From Actinomycetota bacterium (GTDB taxonomy: Bacteria > Actinomycetota > Thermoleophilia > Solirubrobacterales > 70-9), in contig JBKPLC010000031.1 of NCBI GenBank assembly GCA_046731495.1, positions 1 through 60,172 on the forward strand: 60,172 nucleotides of DNA. Reading direction: 5' to 3'. Position numbers and translations under genes: made by a program. How positions within the stretch are numbered: position 1 is the stretch's first letter; each line of letters starts with the position of its first letter. A model generated the notes under the pieces. The model searched no databases. It worked only from the letters and a program-made list of their open reading frames with translations, and had not been told where the DNA came from. Of the stretch, positions 18,155 to 29,608 are shown in pieces.

Positions 18155-19666
18155 ATGAGAGTCAACCCTTCACTCACCGCACGCCTGCGCATTGGGTTCG
18201 GCGTGCTTTTCGCCCTGCTCCTTGCGGTTTCCCTGCTTGGCGTGGGCCGTCTCTTCCAGATCCGCGTCAACTACGAGGACGACATCACCAAGTACTTCCA
18301 GCTCGAGCTGGAGAGCGAGCGGCTGCGCTCGGCGTTCATCCTCGAGCAGGCGGCGGTCCGCCCGCCCACCGCCCACCAGAAGCCGAGCCAAGCCGAGCTC
18401 GACAGGGCGGCGTCGAGCTTCAGCGACGCGACCGGCCGCGCCCGGGACATCACCGGCTCGGACGCGGCGCTCAACGTGAGGCTGGACCAGCTGGTGAGTG
18501 GCGAGGAGGCCTGGCGGCGGTCCGTCGGGGAGCCGCTCGTGCGCGGCCACGTGCCGCCACCCGGCGTCGAGACCCGGCGCACCACCGCCGTGACGCGGGC
18601 TGGCGAGTCACTGGCCAACGGCACGCGTGACGCCCGCGCCGCCGCGCAGGACGACGCCCGCTCGGATACCCGCAACACGACGATCCTCGTCGCGGCCGGC
18701 CTGATCGGCGGCCTGCTCGCGGCGCTGATCCTGTTCACGGGCCTGATCAACTCCATGCGGGCGCCGCTCGGCCGCCTCGTCGAGGGGGCGCGCCGCCTCG
18801 CGGGCGGCGATCTGAGAACGAGGGTGGAGGTCGGCGGCCCGGTGGAGATCGCCACGCTCGGCAACGCGTTCAACGAGATGGCGAACTCACTCGAGCGCGA
18901 CGCCCGGGAGCGAGATCGGGTGGAGCGGATGAAGGACGACTTCGTGCTCACGGTCTCGCACGAGCTGCGGACGCCGGTGACCGTGGTCAAGGGCTTCGCC
19001 GAGATGCTCACGGAGCAACGCAAGACCCTCAACGCGACCCAGTACGAGGCCGCCGAGGTGATCGCGGAGAGCGCCACCCAGCTGCAGAAGATGATCAACG
19101 ACCTGCTCGACCTGGCGCGCAGCGATGCCGGCAAGCTCCGCATCGAGCCCAAGCCGACCCCGGTCCGGTCCCTCGCCCAGCGCGTCGGCCGGCAGATGCG
19201 CCCGCACTTCGAGGAGCGCAATCAGAACTTCACGGTCAGCGTCGAGAAGGACCTCCCGGACGTTGACGCCGACCCCGACCGGGTGAACCAGGTGCTGGCC
19301 AACCTGCTCACCAACGCGAACAAGTACGCCCCCGAGCGCTCGGAAGTGAAGCTGGCGGCGGGCCGGGTAGGCGACGAGGTCGAGTTCGCAGTCTCCGACA
19401 ACGGGCCAGGGCTGGGCGAGGAGGAGCTCGAGCACGTCTTCGACCGGTTCTGGAGGGCGGAAAGCGGGGAAACGCAGTCCGTGGGCGGAACTGGCCTAGG
19501 ACTGGCCATCGCAAAGTCGCTCGTCGAACTGCACGGAGGCGCGATCACCGCGAACTCGACTCCTGGGGAGGGCGCTACCTTTCGCTTCGTGCTCCCGATT
19601 GCCAAGGATGGACGGGCGTCACAAGCCAGCGAGCAGCCCAGGACGAAGGCGGGGGCGGCGGGATGA
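18155..19666 (+). CDS. sensor histidine kinase (TM sensor, HAMP, HisKA, HATPase_c)
   Basis: H-box VSHELRTPVT, N-box NLLTNANKYAP, G-boxes DNGPGL and GTGLGLAI. Confidence 0.9.
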   Translation: MRVNPSLTARLRIGFGVLFALLLAVSLLGVGRLFQIRVNYEDDITKYFQLELESERLRSAFILEQAAVRPPTAHQKPSQAELDRAASSFSDATGRARDITGSDAALNVRLDQLVSGEEAWRRSVGEPLVRGHVPPPGVETRRTTAVTRAGESLANGTRDARAAAQDDARSDTRNTTILVAAGLIGGLLAALILFTGLINSMRAPLGRLVEGARRLAGGDLRTRVEVGGPVEIATLGNAFNEMANSLERDARERDRVERMKDDFVLTVSHELRTPVTVVKGFAEMLTEQRKTLNATQYEAAEVIAESATQLQKMINDLLDLARSDAGKLRIEPKPTPVRSLAQRVGRQMRPHFEERNQNFTVSVEKDLPDVDADPDRVNQVLANLLTNANKYAPERSEVKLAAGRVGDEVEFAVSDNGPGLGEEELEHVFDRFWRAESGETQSVGGTGLGLAIAKSLVELHGGAITANSTPGEGATFRFVLPIAKDGRASQASEQPRTKAGAAG

Positions 19667-20046
19667 CGCGGCTGCTGGTCGCCGACGACTCAGAGACCGT
19701 GCTGCTCATGCTGCAGCGCCGCCTCGAGATGGAGGGCTACGAGGTCGTCACCGCGAAGGACGGCTTCGAGGCGCTCGAGCGACTGAAGGAACTCGCCCCG
19801 AGCGAGCCCGACGTGATCCTGCTCGACGCGATGATGCCGAGGAAGTCCGGGACCGAGGTCCTCGAGGAGATCCGGGGCAAGGGATCGACGATCCCGATCG
19901 TGATGATCTCCGCCCACCTCGACGCGCAGGAGCCGGAGCGGATGAAGTCGCTGGGGGCGACGGACATCGTCCCGAAGCCGTTCGAGTGGGACGACCTGAT
20001 CGGGAAGATCGAGGAGCTCGCCAAGAACGGCCGATCCTCGGACTAG
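19663..20046 (+). CDS. single-domain (CheY-like) response regulator
   Basis: Receiver motifs LVADDS, ILLDAMMP and a conserved K in VPKPF. No output domain. ATGA overlap with the kinase gene. Confidence 0.9.
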   Translation: MTRLLVADDSETVLLMLQRRLEMEGYEVVTAKDGFEALERLKELAPSEPDVILLDAMMPRKSGTEVLEEIRGKGSTIPIVMISAHLDAQEPERMKSLGATDIVPKPFEWDDLIGKIEELAKNGRSSD

Positions 20047-21485
20047 CTTCTCGCGATCTCCATCCGGATCTGCTTGCCCTTGAGCTTGGTGCCGTCCAGG
20101 TACTCGACGGCGCGCTCGGCCTGATCGGCCGCGACCTCGACGAATGAGAACCGCTCCAGCACGCGGATCGAGTGGATCGCGTCCTCGGGCAGCACCGCGC
20201 CCTCGCGCAGCGCCCAGCTCAGGTCCTCCTCGCTAAGTCCGCCCCGCTTGCCGCGGTTGACGAACAGCTTGACGGAGCCGTCCGCCACCTCTGGCGGAGG
20301 GCCCTCGCGGTGGCGCGGTGGGGGAGCGTGCTCGAGCCGCTCCTCCGGCGGCTCCCATTCGCCGATGTGAGCCTTGACGACGCGCTCGATCTCCTTCAGA
20401 TCGCCTGACTGCTTCGAGGTGGCGAAGGTGATCGCGCGGCCGGTTCGCCCCACCCGCCCCGTGCGCCCGATGCGGTGCACGTAGATCTCCGGGTTGTTGG
20501 GCAGGTCGTAGTTGATGACGTGGGTGACGTGCTCGATGTCGAGCCCGCGGGCGGCGATGTCGGTCGCCACCAGCAGCGGCGTCTTGTGCTCCTTGAAGGA
20601 GATCATCACCCCGTCGCGCTGGCCCTGGCTGAGGTCGCCGTGCAGCGCCTTCACCCGCAGCCCCTTGTCCGCCAGGGTCTTGCCGAGTCGCGCCGCGCCG
20701 ATCTTCGTCCTGACGAAGATGATCGCCTGCTCGGGTTCCTCCTCCCGCAGCACCTCGACGAGGCGCTCGAGCTTCTTCCGCGGCTCGACCATCACGTACG
20801 CCTGCTCGACCGAGTCGACGGTGAGCTTCTTCGGGGTCACCCGGATCGTGACCGGGTCGTACATGTACTGCTCGGCGAGCTTGGCGACCGGGCCAGGGAT
20901 GGTCGCTGAGAAGAGCAGCGTCTGGCGGCCGCTCGGGCACATTCGCAGGATCCGCTCGACGTCCTCGATGAAACCGAGGTCGAGCATCTCGTCCGCCTCG
21001 TCCAGCACGACGTAGCGAGCGGCGGTCAGGACCAGTGACTGGCGCGAGATCAGGTCCATCATCCGGCCGACGGTCGCGACGACGACCTGCGCGCCGGAGC
21101 GCAGCCGCGCCTGCTGGTCGCGGATCGGCGCCCCGCCGAAGACCGCCACCACGTTCACACCCTCGAGGTGCTCGGCGTAGGCGCGCAGCGCCTGGGTGAC
21201 CTGGATGCAGAGCTCCCGCGTCGGCGTGAGGATGATCGCCTGCGTCTCCTCGTTCTCCGGATCGAGGTGCTCGAGCAACGGCAGGCCGAAGGCGGCGGTC
21301 TTCCCGGACCCGGTCTGCGCCTGCCCGATCACGTCGTGGCCGGCCAGGAGCTCCGGGATTGCCTGCGCCTGGATCGGCGTGGGCTCCACGTAGCCGAGTT
21401 CGTCCAGGGTCTGCAGAAGCCCTTCGGAGAGGCCGAGCTCGGCGAAGGAGGCCGCAGCCCCCTGCGTAGCGGCGATGTCGTTCAT
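20043..21485 (-). CDS. DEAD-box ATP-dependent RNA helicase with DbpA-like C-terminal RNA-binding domain
   Basis: Q-motif region, [37 protein letters not shown]-terminal ..[17 protein letters not shown].. RRM-like segment. Confidence 0.9.
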   Translation of the reverse strand: MNDIAATQGAAASFAELGLSEGLLQTLDELGYVEPTPIQAQAIPELLAGHDVIGQAQTGSGKTAAFGLPLLEHLDPENEETQAIILTPTRELCIQVTQALRAYAEHLEGVNVVAVFGGAPIRDQQARLRSGAQVVVATVGRMMDLISRQSLVLTAARYVVLDEADEMLDLGFIEDVERILRMCPSGRQTLLFSATIPGPVAKLAEQYMYDPVTIRVTPKKLTVDSVEQAYVMVEPRKKLERLVEVLREEEPEQAIIFVRTKIGAARLGKTLADKGLRVKALHGDLSQGQRDGVMISFKEHKTPLLVATDIAARGLDIEHVTHVINYDLPNNPEIYVHRIGRTGRVGRTGRAITFATSKQSGDLKEIERVVKAHIGEWEPPEERLEHAPPPRHREGPPPEVADGSVKLFVNRGKRGGLSEEDLSWALREGAVLPEDAIHSIRVLERFSFVEVAADQAERAVEYLDGTKLKGKQIRMEIARS

Positions 21486-22432
21486 CAGGCTGAGGGATCG
21501 AGGAGGAGCTTGCCGGTGGTGCGGCGCTCCTGCATGTCCTTGTGGGCCTGTGCGGCCTCGCTGAGCGGGTAGGTCCCGCCGATCGTCACCTCGAGTTCCC
21601 CCGCCGCGACAGTCTCGAGCAGCTCGGTGATCATCGACGCGATCAAGTCCTGGCGCTTCGCGATCAGGGCGACCAGCCAGAAGCCCAACACGGACTTCGA
21701 GGTCTGGAGCAGGTAATTCGTGTGAAGCTCGTTCGGGTGCCGCGCCGCGTTGCCGAAGACCACCATCCGGCCGAGCATCCCGAGCGCGTGCAGCTCGTCC
21801 TCGAAGCCTGTGCCACTCATGTGCAGCACCACGTCCACCTTCTCGCCGCCGTTCGCCTCGAGGATCGCCCCCTTGAGGTCGTCGGCCCTGGAGTCCGCCG
21901 TCGCGTCGGCACCGAGGCGCTCCGCCAGCTGCCGCTTCTCCTCGCTCGAGGCGAGACCGATCACCTTGGCGCCGGCCCGCTTGGCCAGCTGCACGGCAAG
22001 GCTCCCGGTGCCGCCGGCGGCGGCCTCTACCACCACGGTCTCCCCCTCCCGGATGTGCGCGCAGTAGTGGAGCAGGGCGTGAGCGGTCAGGCCCTGCAGG
22101 AGCAAGGCCGCGGCTTGGTCATCCGTCACCTCGTCGGGGATCGGGACCAGGAACTGCTCGGGGACAAGGGCTTTCTGCGCGTAGCCGCCGTTGTTCATCA
22201 GCGCGGCGACCCGGCGGCCGTCGGCCGTGGTGCCCGCGATCTCGCCGCCCGGGATCAGCGGCAGCTGCTGCTCGGCCAGGTAGTCGTTGCGGATCGCGTG
22301 CGTGTCCGCCCAGTTGATCCCGGCGCGCGCGATGTCCACCACCACCTGCCCGTCGGTGGGCTCGGGGTCCGGCACCTCGGTGACCTGGAGCACCTCTGGC
22401 CCGCCGAACTGCTCGATCTGAATAGCCTTCAC
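21485..22432 (-). CDS. NADPH:quinone oxidoreductase / MDR zinc-type alcohol dehydrogenase superfamily
   Basis: VKAIQIEQFGGPEVL.. N-terminus and nucleotide-binding AAAGGTGS. Start GTG 22432 is preferred (TACGCT 6 nt upstream); the track start is GTG 22450. Confidence 0.8.
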   Translation of the reverse strand: MKAIQIEQFGGPEVLQVTEVPDPEPTDGQVVVDIARAGINWADTHAIRNDYLAEQQLPLIPGGEIAGTTADGRRVAALMNNGGYAQKALVPEQFLVPIPDEVTDDQAAALLLQGLTAHALLHYCAHIREGETVVVEAAAGGTGSLAVQLAKRAGAKVIGLASSEEKRQLAERLGADATADSRADDLKGAILEANGGEKVDVVLHMSGTGFEDELHALGMLGRMVVFGNAARHPNELHTNYLLQTSKSVLGFWLVALIAKRQDLIASMITELLETVAAGELEVTIGGTYPLSEAAQAHKDMQERRTTGKLLLDPSA

Positions 22433-22443
22433 GCCCCAAGCGT

Positions 22444-23382
22444 ATGGCACTGACCGTGGTGGGCAGCATTGCGTTCGACTCCGTCCGCACGCCGTTCGGC
22501 GAGCGCGAACGGATGATGGGCGGCTCGGCCGTCCATTTCAGCCTGGCCGCGAGCTTCTTCACGGAGGTCCACGTGGTCGGACCGGTCGGCGACGACTTCG
22601 GCGACGCGGAGGTCAAGGTCCTCGAGGACCGCGGCGTGATCACCGAGGACATTGAGCGGGTCCCCGGCGGCGAGACCTTCTTCTGGCAGGGCCACTACGA
22701 GTACGACATGAACATCGCCCACACCGACGACACACAGCTCAACGTGTTCGCCGACTTCGACCCGAAGCTCTCGGAGGGCTCGCGGAGCGCCGAGATGCTC
22801 TTCCTCGGCAACATCGACCCCGAGCTGCAGCAGCGGGTCCGCGCCTCCTGCCAGGCCGAGTTCGCGGCCCTCGATTCGATGAACTTCTGGCTCGACAGCG
22901 CCCGCGACGCGCTCAAGGCGGCAATCGCCGAGGTGGACTGTCTCATGCTGAACGACGCGGAGCTCCGCGAGCTGACCGGGGAGCCGAACCTCGCACGCGC
23001 GGCCCGGGCCGCGATGGAGCTCGGGCCGACCGTCGTGGTCGCGAAGCGCGGTGAGTACGGCGCCGCGCTCTTCTCGGGCGACGAGTTCTTCGCGATCCCG
23101 GGGTTCCTGCTCGAGGACGTTCGCGACCCGACCGGCGCGGGCGACAGCTTCGCGGGGGGGTTCCTCGGCTACCTCGACAGCCGGCGGGCCGCCGGCGAGT
23201 CGCTCGATCATCCCGTGCTGCGCCAGGCGATGGCCTACGGCTCGGTACTGGCCTCATTCAATGTCGAGGACTTCGGGACCGAGCGGGTCAGCCGCCTGAC
23301 CCGCGAGGAGATCGACCAGAGGTTGCGCGAATTCCGCCGGATCACAACCTTCGACATCGAGTCGACTCCCGCTACGTCCTGA
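22444..23382 (+). CDS. PfkB-family carbohydrate/nucleoside kinase
   Basis: C-terminal signature DPTGAGDSFAGGF and ribokinase-like N-terminal GG region. Confidence 0.85.
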   Translation: MALTVVGSIAFDSVRTPFGERERMMGGSAVHFSLAASFFTEVHVVGPVGDDFGDAEVKVLEDRGVITEDIERVPGGETFFWQGHYEYDMNIAHTDDTQLNVFADFDPKLSEGSRSAEMLFLGNIDPELQQRVRASCQAEFAALDSMNFWLDSARDALKAAIAEVDCLMLNDAELRELTGEPNLARAARAAMELGPTVVVAKRGEYGAALFSGDEFFAIPGFLLEDVRDPTGAGDSFAGGFLGYLDSRRAAGESLDHPVLRQAMAYGSVLASFNVEDFGTERVSRLTREEIDQRLREFRRITTFDIESTPATS

Positions 23383-24958
23383 GGCGCGCCTCGTCGAGGT
23401 CGAGGTCCGCCTGGATCCTGCGGAAGATGTCCTGCTTGACGCGGCCGGTGTTTCGCATCTCCAGGAGCGAGACCCGTTCCCTATCGATCAGCTCCTCGCG
23501 CACGCGCCGGAAGCCGCTCAGCGGATCCTCGATCGGCGTCCCGGCGTCCTCGCCGGAGAGCGACGAGACGCAGCGGGCGAAACGCGCCTGGTAGATCTCG
23601 CGGAGCCGCTCGATGACGTTGTCCGGAACGCCGGGCTCCGTCGCCTGGATCTCCTCGAGCCGGTCGAGCGCCGCCTGTGCGCCGGCTAGGCGGGCCAAGG
23701 CCTCATCTGCGGACCAGGCGGCAGTGGTGCCCAGGCCGAGCCGTCGCACCACCCAGGGCAGGGTGAGTCCCTGCCCGACGAGGGTCACGAAGATGACCGC
23801 GACGGTCAGATAGATGATCAGGTCTCGGGACCCGAGCGGCGCCCCGGAATCCAGGGTGAAGGGGAGCGCGAGCGCCGCGGCGAGGGAGACCGCCCCGCGC
23901 ATGCCGGACCAGCCGATCATCGCGTTTTCCCGCCAGTTCTGCCCGGGCGACCACCGACCGGCCCCCTCGGCGAACCTGCCGAGCAAGCCGGGCAGGAATT
24001 GCCAGGCCATCCTCACGGCGACCACCACCGCGGAGACGAGCAGCCCATAGCCGACGATCTCGCCGACCGAGAACTGCTCACCGACCCTTCGTAGAACCTC
24101 CGGGAACTGCAGGCCAACGAGCACGAAGAGGATCGCGTTGAGGGCGAAGATCAGCACGTCCCAGAACGCCCGGGCGCTGAGGCGGGTGTCGGCGTCGAAG
24201 ATCTCGTGGGACCGCCAGCCCGCGTAGAGCCCGGCGGACACAGCCGCGAGTACGCCGGACGCGCCGATCCCATCGGCGAGCGCGAAGGACGCGTACGCCA
24301 GGAGAACGCTGAGCACGATGGAGAGGGGCGCGTCGTCGAGGCGGTGGAGAGCCCGGGAGACGATCCAGGCGAGCGTCAGGCCGACGGCGACGCCTCCGAG
24401 CACGCTCACGATCAGGTCGTCGAAGACCGTCTGGGCGGTGAAGGCGCCGCTCACGAGCGCAGCCAGAGCGACCTTGTACGAGACCAGCGCGACAGCGTCG
24501 TTGATCATGCTCTCGCCCTCCACCAGGGTCGCGACGCGGTCCGAGACGCCGATCCGCTCGAAGGTGGCGATCGCGGACACCGGGTCCGTGGGGGCCACGA
24601 TCGCACCGAGCACGAACGCCTCGGCCCAGTTGATGCTGGGGATCACCGTCTCCGCGACGACCGCGACAGCCGCCATCGTGACCAGCGAAAGCCCCAAGAC
24701 CAGCCAGGTGAGCGGGAGGAACTCGGCCTTGAGCTCGCTCGGCGAGGCCCAGTAGCCGGCCGATTGCAGGATCGGCGGCAGAAAGACCAGGAAGACGACA
24801 TCGGGCTCGAGCTCGAGCGAGGGCCCACCTGGGATGAACCCGATGCCGAGCCCGCCGAGGACCAGCACGATCGGATAGGGGATCGCGATCACGTCCGCGA
24901 TTCGCACCAGCACGATCGCCGCGGCGACCAGGACGATCAGGGTCTCGATGTCGTTCAC
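23372..24958 (-). CDS. Na+/H+ antiporter (CPA1/NhaP type)
   Basis: Start GTG 24958 (VNDIETLIVLVAAAIVL..), 12-13 hydrophobic segments and a cytoplasmic C-terminal tail. The track ORF extends 32 codons further upstream with a Ser/Arg-rich non-membrane sequence. Confidence 0.85.
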   Translation of the reverse strand: MNDIETLIVLVAAAIVLVRIADVIAIPYPIVLVLGGLGIGFIPGGPSLELEPDVVFLVFLPPILQSAGYWASPSELKAEFLPLTWLVLGLSLVTMAAVAVVAETVIPSINWAEAFVLGAIVAPTDPVSAIATFERIGVSDRVATLVEGESMINDAVALVSYKVALAALVSGAFTAQTVFDDLIVSVLGGVAVGLTLAWIVSRALHRLDDAPLSIVLSVLLAYASFALADGIGASGVLAAVSAGLYAGWRSHEIFDADTRLSARAFWDVLIFALNAILFVLVGLQFPEVLRRVGEQFSVGEIVGYGLLVSAVVVAVRMAWQFLPGLLGRFAEGAGRWSPGQNWRENAMIGWSGMRGAVSLAAALALPFTLDSGAPLGSRDLIIYLTVAVIFVTLVGQGLTLPWVVRRLGLGTTAAWSADEALARLAGAQAALDRLEEIQATEPGVPDNVIERLREIYQARFARCVSSLSGEDAGTPIEDPLSGFRRVREELIDRERVSLLEMRNTGRVKQDIFRRIQADLDLDEARLRT

Positions 24959-24980
24959 GGCGCGAGCATAAGCTGCGCCG

Positions 24981-25496
24981 ATGGACCTGACCCCGCCCCT
25001 GTCCGCCGAGGACCATGTCGACGGGCCGGACCGCGCCGAGCTCGAGCTGGTCATGTACGGCGACTTCCAGTGTCCGTACTGTGCGGCGGCCTACCCGATC
25101 GTCAAGCGGGTCCGGGATCAGCTCGGCCCGCGCCTGCTGTTCGCGTTCCGCCACTTCCCGCTGGAGATCCATCCCGAGGCCGAGCGAGCGGCCGAGACTG
25201 CCGAGGCGGCCGCCGCGCAGGGCGCCTTCTGGCAGATGCACGACCGCATGTACGAGTCCCGCGGCGCACTCGGTCGGGAGCACCTGCTCGCCTACGCGAC
25301 CGAGCTCGGCCTCGACGGCGAGCGCGTGGCCGTCGAGCTCGACTCCGAGGCGCACAGGCCGCGCGTCCAGCGCGATCTCGACAGCGGCCTCGCGAGCGGC
25401 GTGACCGGCACGCCCGGTTTCTTCGTGGGCGGGCGGATGCACCGCGGTTCCTTCGACGCCTCGTCGCTCATCACGGCGCTCGAGGCATCGGCATAA
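24981..25496 (+). CDS. DsbA-family thioredoxin-fold oxidoreductase
   Basis: Redox motif FQCPYC and ..GVTGTPGFFV.. cis-Pro loop region. Confidence 0.8.
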   Translation: MDLTPPLSAEDHVDGPDRAELELVMYGDFQCPYCAAAYPIVKRVRDQLGPRLLFAFRHFPLEIHPEAERAAETAEAAAAQGAFWQMHDRMYESRGALGREHLLAYATELGLDGERVAVELDSEAHRPRVQRDLDSGLASGVTGTPGFFVGGRMHRGSFDASSLITALEASA

Positions 25497-25565
25497 GCCC
25501 GGTTTGCCGGAAACGCCGCCGTGAGAAGATATGTGCGGTAGCGCGCAATAGATCGAGGAGGTCTG

Positions 25566-26972
<1,407 letters not shown>

Positions 26973-26979
26973 CCGGCTT

Positions 26980-27002
26980 GGCGGGCGGTTAGTCTGCCCG
27001 CC
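26980..27002 (+). terminator. candidate stem-loop terminator after gltA (no U tract)
   Basis: GGCGGGC-ggttagtct-GCCCGCC, a 7-bp perfect stem starting 8 nt after the gltA stop. Confidence 0.35.
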
Positions 27003-27004
27003 AG

Positions 27005-27346
27005 GTGAGCTGGAAGGTCACCGTCCGACATGGGAGCTCGGTGGGGCGCGAGAAGTTCGCGACGCTCGACGAGGCGATCGCGGATGCGCAGCGCCGCGTC
27101 GATCAGATCCGGCGGGAGGACCGCCTGCCCCCGATCAGCACGCTGCGCGACTTCACGCCAGCCGAGAGGGTGGCGGCGCGCATCGAGATCTCCGGGCCGG
27201 GCCTGGTGCGCGCGCCCGAGGGAGGCATCGACGTGATGGGCGACGGCGCCGCGATCGCCTACACCGGGGCGATCCGGAAGGAGCGGATCGACGCGGACTC
27301 ACTCGAGGACGCGTTCGCGAAGCTCGCGCTGGCGCTCGAGCGCTGA
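27005..27346 (+). CDS. hypothetical protein
   Basis: 113-aa ORF with coding-like GC3 and no recognised motif. TAGTCT lies 9 nt upstream of GTG 27005. Confidence 0.45.
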   Translation: MSWKVTVRHGSSVGREKFATLDEAIADAQRRVDQIRREDRLPPISTLRDFTPAERVAARIEISGPGLVRAPEGGIDVMGDGAAIAYTGAIRKERIDADSLEDAFAKLALALER

Positions 27347-27370
27347 GCCGTCGGGGATAAGGTGCGGCCG

Positions 27371-27661
27371 ATGGCTGAGAGCTATGAAGCCGGGCGCCGC
27401 GTGCGGCTCCCCGGCGGTGCCGAACGGCCGATCCAGGTCTTCATCAACGGCCGCGAACAGAAGGAGGGAGCCGACTACACGGTCCACGGGCGCGAGATCG
27501 TCTTCAGCCGGCCCTTGGTCAAGGAGAAGGTGAGCGGCGGCCGCTGGCTCGCGATGACGCTCGGGCTATTCGGCAGCTATGGCAAGAACGAGACCGTCGA
27601 CGTGCACTTCCGCCGCGCCGGCAAGACGCAGGTGATCTCAGATGCGAAGGTGCAGGACTGA
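27371..27661 (+). CDS. hypothetical protein
   Basis: ATG 27371 with AAGGTG 7 nt upstream (the track starts at GTG 27362). TGATG junction with the next gene. No recognised motif. Confidence 0.45.
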   Translation: MAESYEAGRRVRLPGGAERPIQVFINGREQKEGADYTVHGREIVFSRPLVKEKVSGGRWLAMTLGLFGSYGKNETVDVHFRRAGKTQVISDAKVQD

Positions 27662-28590
27662 TGCGGGTCTGCCTGATGATCGAGGGCCAGGAGTCGGTCA
27701 CTTGGGAGCAGTGGACGGCCCTCGCCAAGTCGTGCGAGGACGGCCCGATCGAAGCGCTGTTTCGCTCGGACCACTACCAGTCGGTGATGGGCAGGGACGA
27801 CCGGGGCTCGCTCGACGCCTGGGCCACGATCGCCGCCCTGGCCGCGATCACCTCGACGCTCCGCCTCGGGACGCTGGTCTCGCCGGCGACGTTCCGCCAT
27901 CCCTCCGTCCTGGCCAAGAACGTCGTGACGGCGGATCACGTCGCCGGCGGTGGTCGGATCGAGCTGGGCATGGGCACGGGGTGGCTGGAGGCAGAACACG
28001 ACGCGTACGGCTTTCGGTTCCCACCGATTGGCGAGCGGTTCGAACTGCTCGAGGAGCAGATCGAAATCGTGCGGCGCCAGTGGGAGGAGGAGCAGCTGGA
28101 CTTCCAGGGCGATCACTACGGGCTGAACGGCAACGCCCTGCCGAAGCCGCTCTCGCCGCCAAATCTGATCGTGGGAGGCCGCGCACGGCCGCGCAGTCTT
28201 CGGCTGGCCGCGCGCTGGGCCGACGAATACAACCTCGTGATGATGACCACGGAGGACTGCGCCGAGGCGATCCCGAAGGTCCGGCAGGCCTGGGCCGAAG
28301 CCGAGCGGCCGGCGCCGGTGATCTCGCTGATGACGAGCTGCATCATCGGCTCGGACGAGGTCGACCTGCTCGAGAGAGCACACGCCACCGCGGAGGTCCG
28401 GGGGGACGATGCGGCCGATCCCGACGCCTACCTGGAGGCCGAGAGAGCGAACTCTTTGGTCGGAACCGTGGCCGAGATCCGGGAACAGCTCGCGCAGCTG
28501 GAGGAGATCGGCGTGGAGCGCGTGATGCTCCAGTACCTCACCCACGCCGACCTCGACGGCGTGGACCTGATCGGCGAGCTCGCCGCCTAG
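27661..28590 (+). CDS. LLM-class (luciferase-like) F420-dependent oxidoreductase
   Basis: ..FRSDHY.., ..LRLGTLVSPATFRHP.., ..GRIELGMGTGW.. are typical of actinobacterial F420-dependent LLM enzymes. Confidence 0.8.
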   Translation: MRVCLMIEGQESVTWEQWTALAKSCEDGPIEALFRSDHYQSVMGRDDRGSLDAWATIAALAAITSTLRLGTLVSPATFRHPSVLAKNVVTADHVAGGGRIELGMGTGWLEAEHDAYGFRFPPIGERFELLEEQIEIVRRQWEEEQLDFQGDHYGLNGNALPKPLSPPNLIVGGRARPRSLRLAARWADEYNLVMMTTEDCAEAIPKVRQAWAEAERPAPVISLMTSCIIGSDEVDLLERAHATAEVRGDDAADPDAYLEAERANSLVGTVAEIREQLAQLEEIGVERVMLQYLTHADLDGVDLIGELAA

Positions 28591-29606
28591 ACCGCGGCCG
28601 GTTCCCCGGCGCCGAGCCCGGAGAGCTCGGCGACGCGCTCGCGGTGATCGCGCGGGGTGCCGAGCATGCGACCGGTGACCCGACCGCGCTTGAGCCAGAA
28701 CTGGAGGTCGTGCTCCCAGGTGAAGCCGATGCCGCCCAGGACCTGGAGGGCGGAGGACGGGACCTGCCAGCCGGCGTCGGCCGAGCGGGCGCCCGCCATC
28801 GCCGCGGCCAGCGGCAACGACTCGGGCTCGGCGTCGGCGGTCCAGGCCGCGTAATAGGTGAGCGAGCGCGATTCCTCGGTCGCCAGCAGCATCGCGGCGC
28901 AGCGATGGCTGACCGCTTGGTAGGAGCCGATCGGTCGTCCGAATTGCTGGCGCTCGCGCCCGTACTCGACGGCCATCTCGAGCGTGCGCTGGGCGATGCC
29001 GGTGAGCTCGCCGGCGATCGCCACCGCTAGCCGGTCACGGCCGGCGTCGACGTCGCCGGGAAGGCGCTCGCCGGCGGCTTCGGAAACAAGCCCGTAGGAG
29101 CGGGTCGCGTCGATCGCCTCGAAGGGCTCGAAGTCGACCTCGGAGGCGGGTGCGAGCAGAGCGCCCTCGCCATCGAAGGTGACCACGACGTCGGCGGTCG
29201 GGAGGTCGCAGAAGAGGGTGCTGCCGCCGTCGGCGAAGCCGCCGAAGGACCCGGTCGCCTCGCCCGAGGCCAGCTTGGGCAACCACTCGGAGCGTTGCTC
29301 GTCGGAGCCGGCGGCGGAGATCACCAGCGCGGCGCCGGCGGTGCCCAGCAGGGGACTGGGAGCACAGGCGTAGCCGGACTCCTCGAGGAGCACGGCGAGC
29401 TCGATCATGCCGAGGCCCTGGCCGCCGTCCTCCTCGGCGATCGCGATACCCGGCCAGCCGAGCTCGGAGATCTCCTTCCAGAGCGCGTCGTCGTAGGAGC
29501 GGGACTCGGCGAGCTCCCGCACCTTCTCAGGCTTGAAGCGCGAGGCGAGGAACTCGTTCGCGGTGCGCTTGATCTCCTGCTGCTCGTCGTTCAGGTCGAA
29601 GTTCAC
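28587..29606 (-). CDS. acyl-CoA dehydrogenase-fold protein lacking the catalytic Glu (beta-type subunit candidate)
   Basis: Start GTG 29606 (VNFDLNDEQQEIK..), 2 nt after the stop of the upstream ACAD. Shows the ACAD fold (..GGIGFTWEHDLQFW..). The position of the usual Y/I-E-G-T catalytic base reads RMLGT. Confidence 0.75.
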   Translation of the reverse strand: MNFDLNDEQQEIKRTANEFLASRFKPEKVRELAESRSYDDALWKEISELGWPGIAIAEEDGGQGLGMIELAVLLEESGYACAPSPLLGTAGAALVISAAGSDEQRSEWLPKLASGEATGSFGGFADGGSTLFCDLPTADVVVTFDGEGALLAPASEVDFEPFEAIDATRSYGLVSEAAGERLPGDVDAGRDRLAVAIAGELTGIAQRTLEMAVEYGRERQQFGRPIGSYQAVSHRCAAMLLATEESRSLTYYAAWTADAEPESLPLAAAMAGARSADAGWQVPSSALQVLGGIGFTWEHDLQFWLKRGRVTGRMLGTPRDHRERVAELSGLGAGEPAAV

Positions 29607-29608
29607 GG

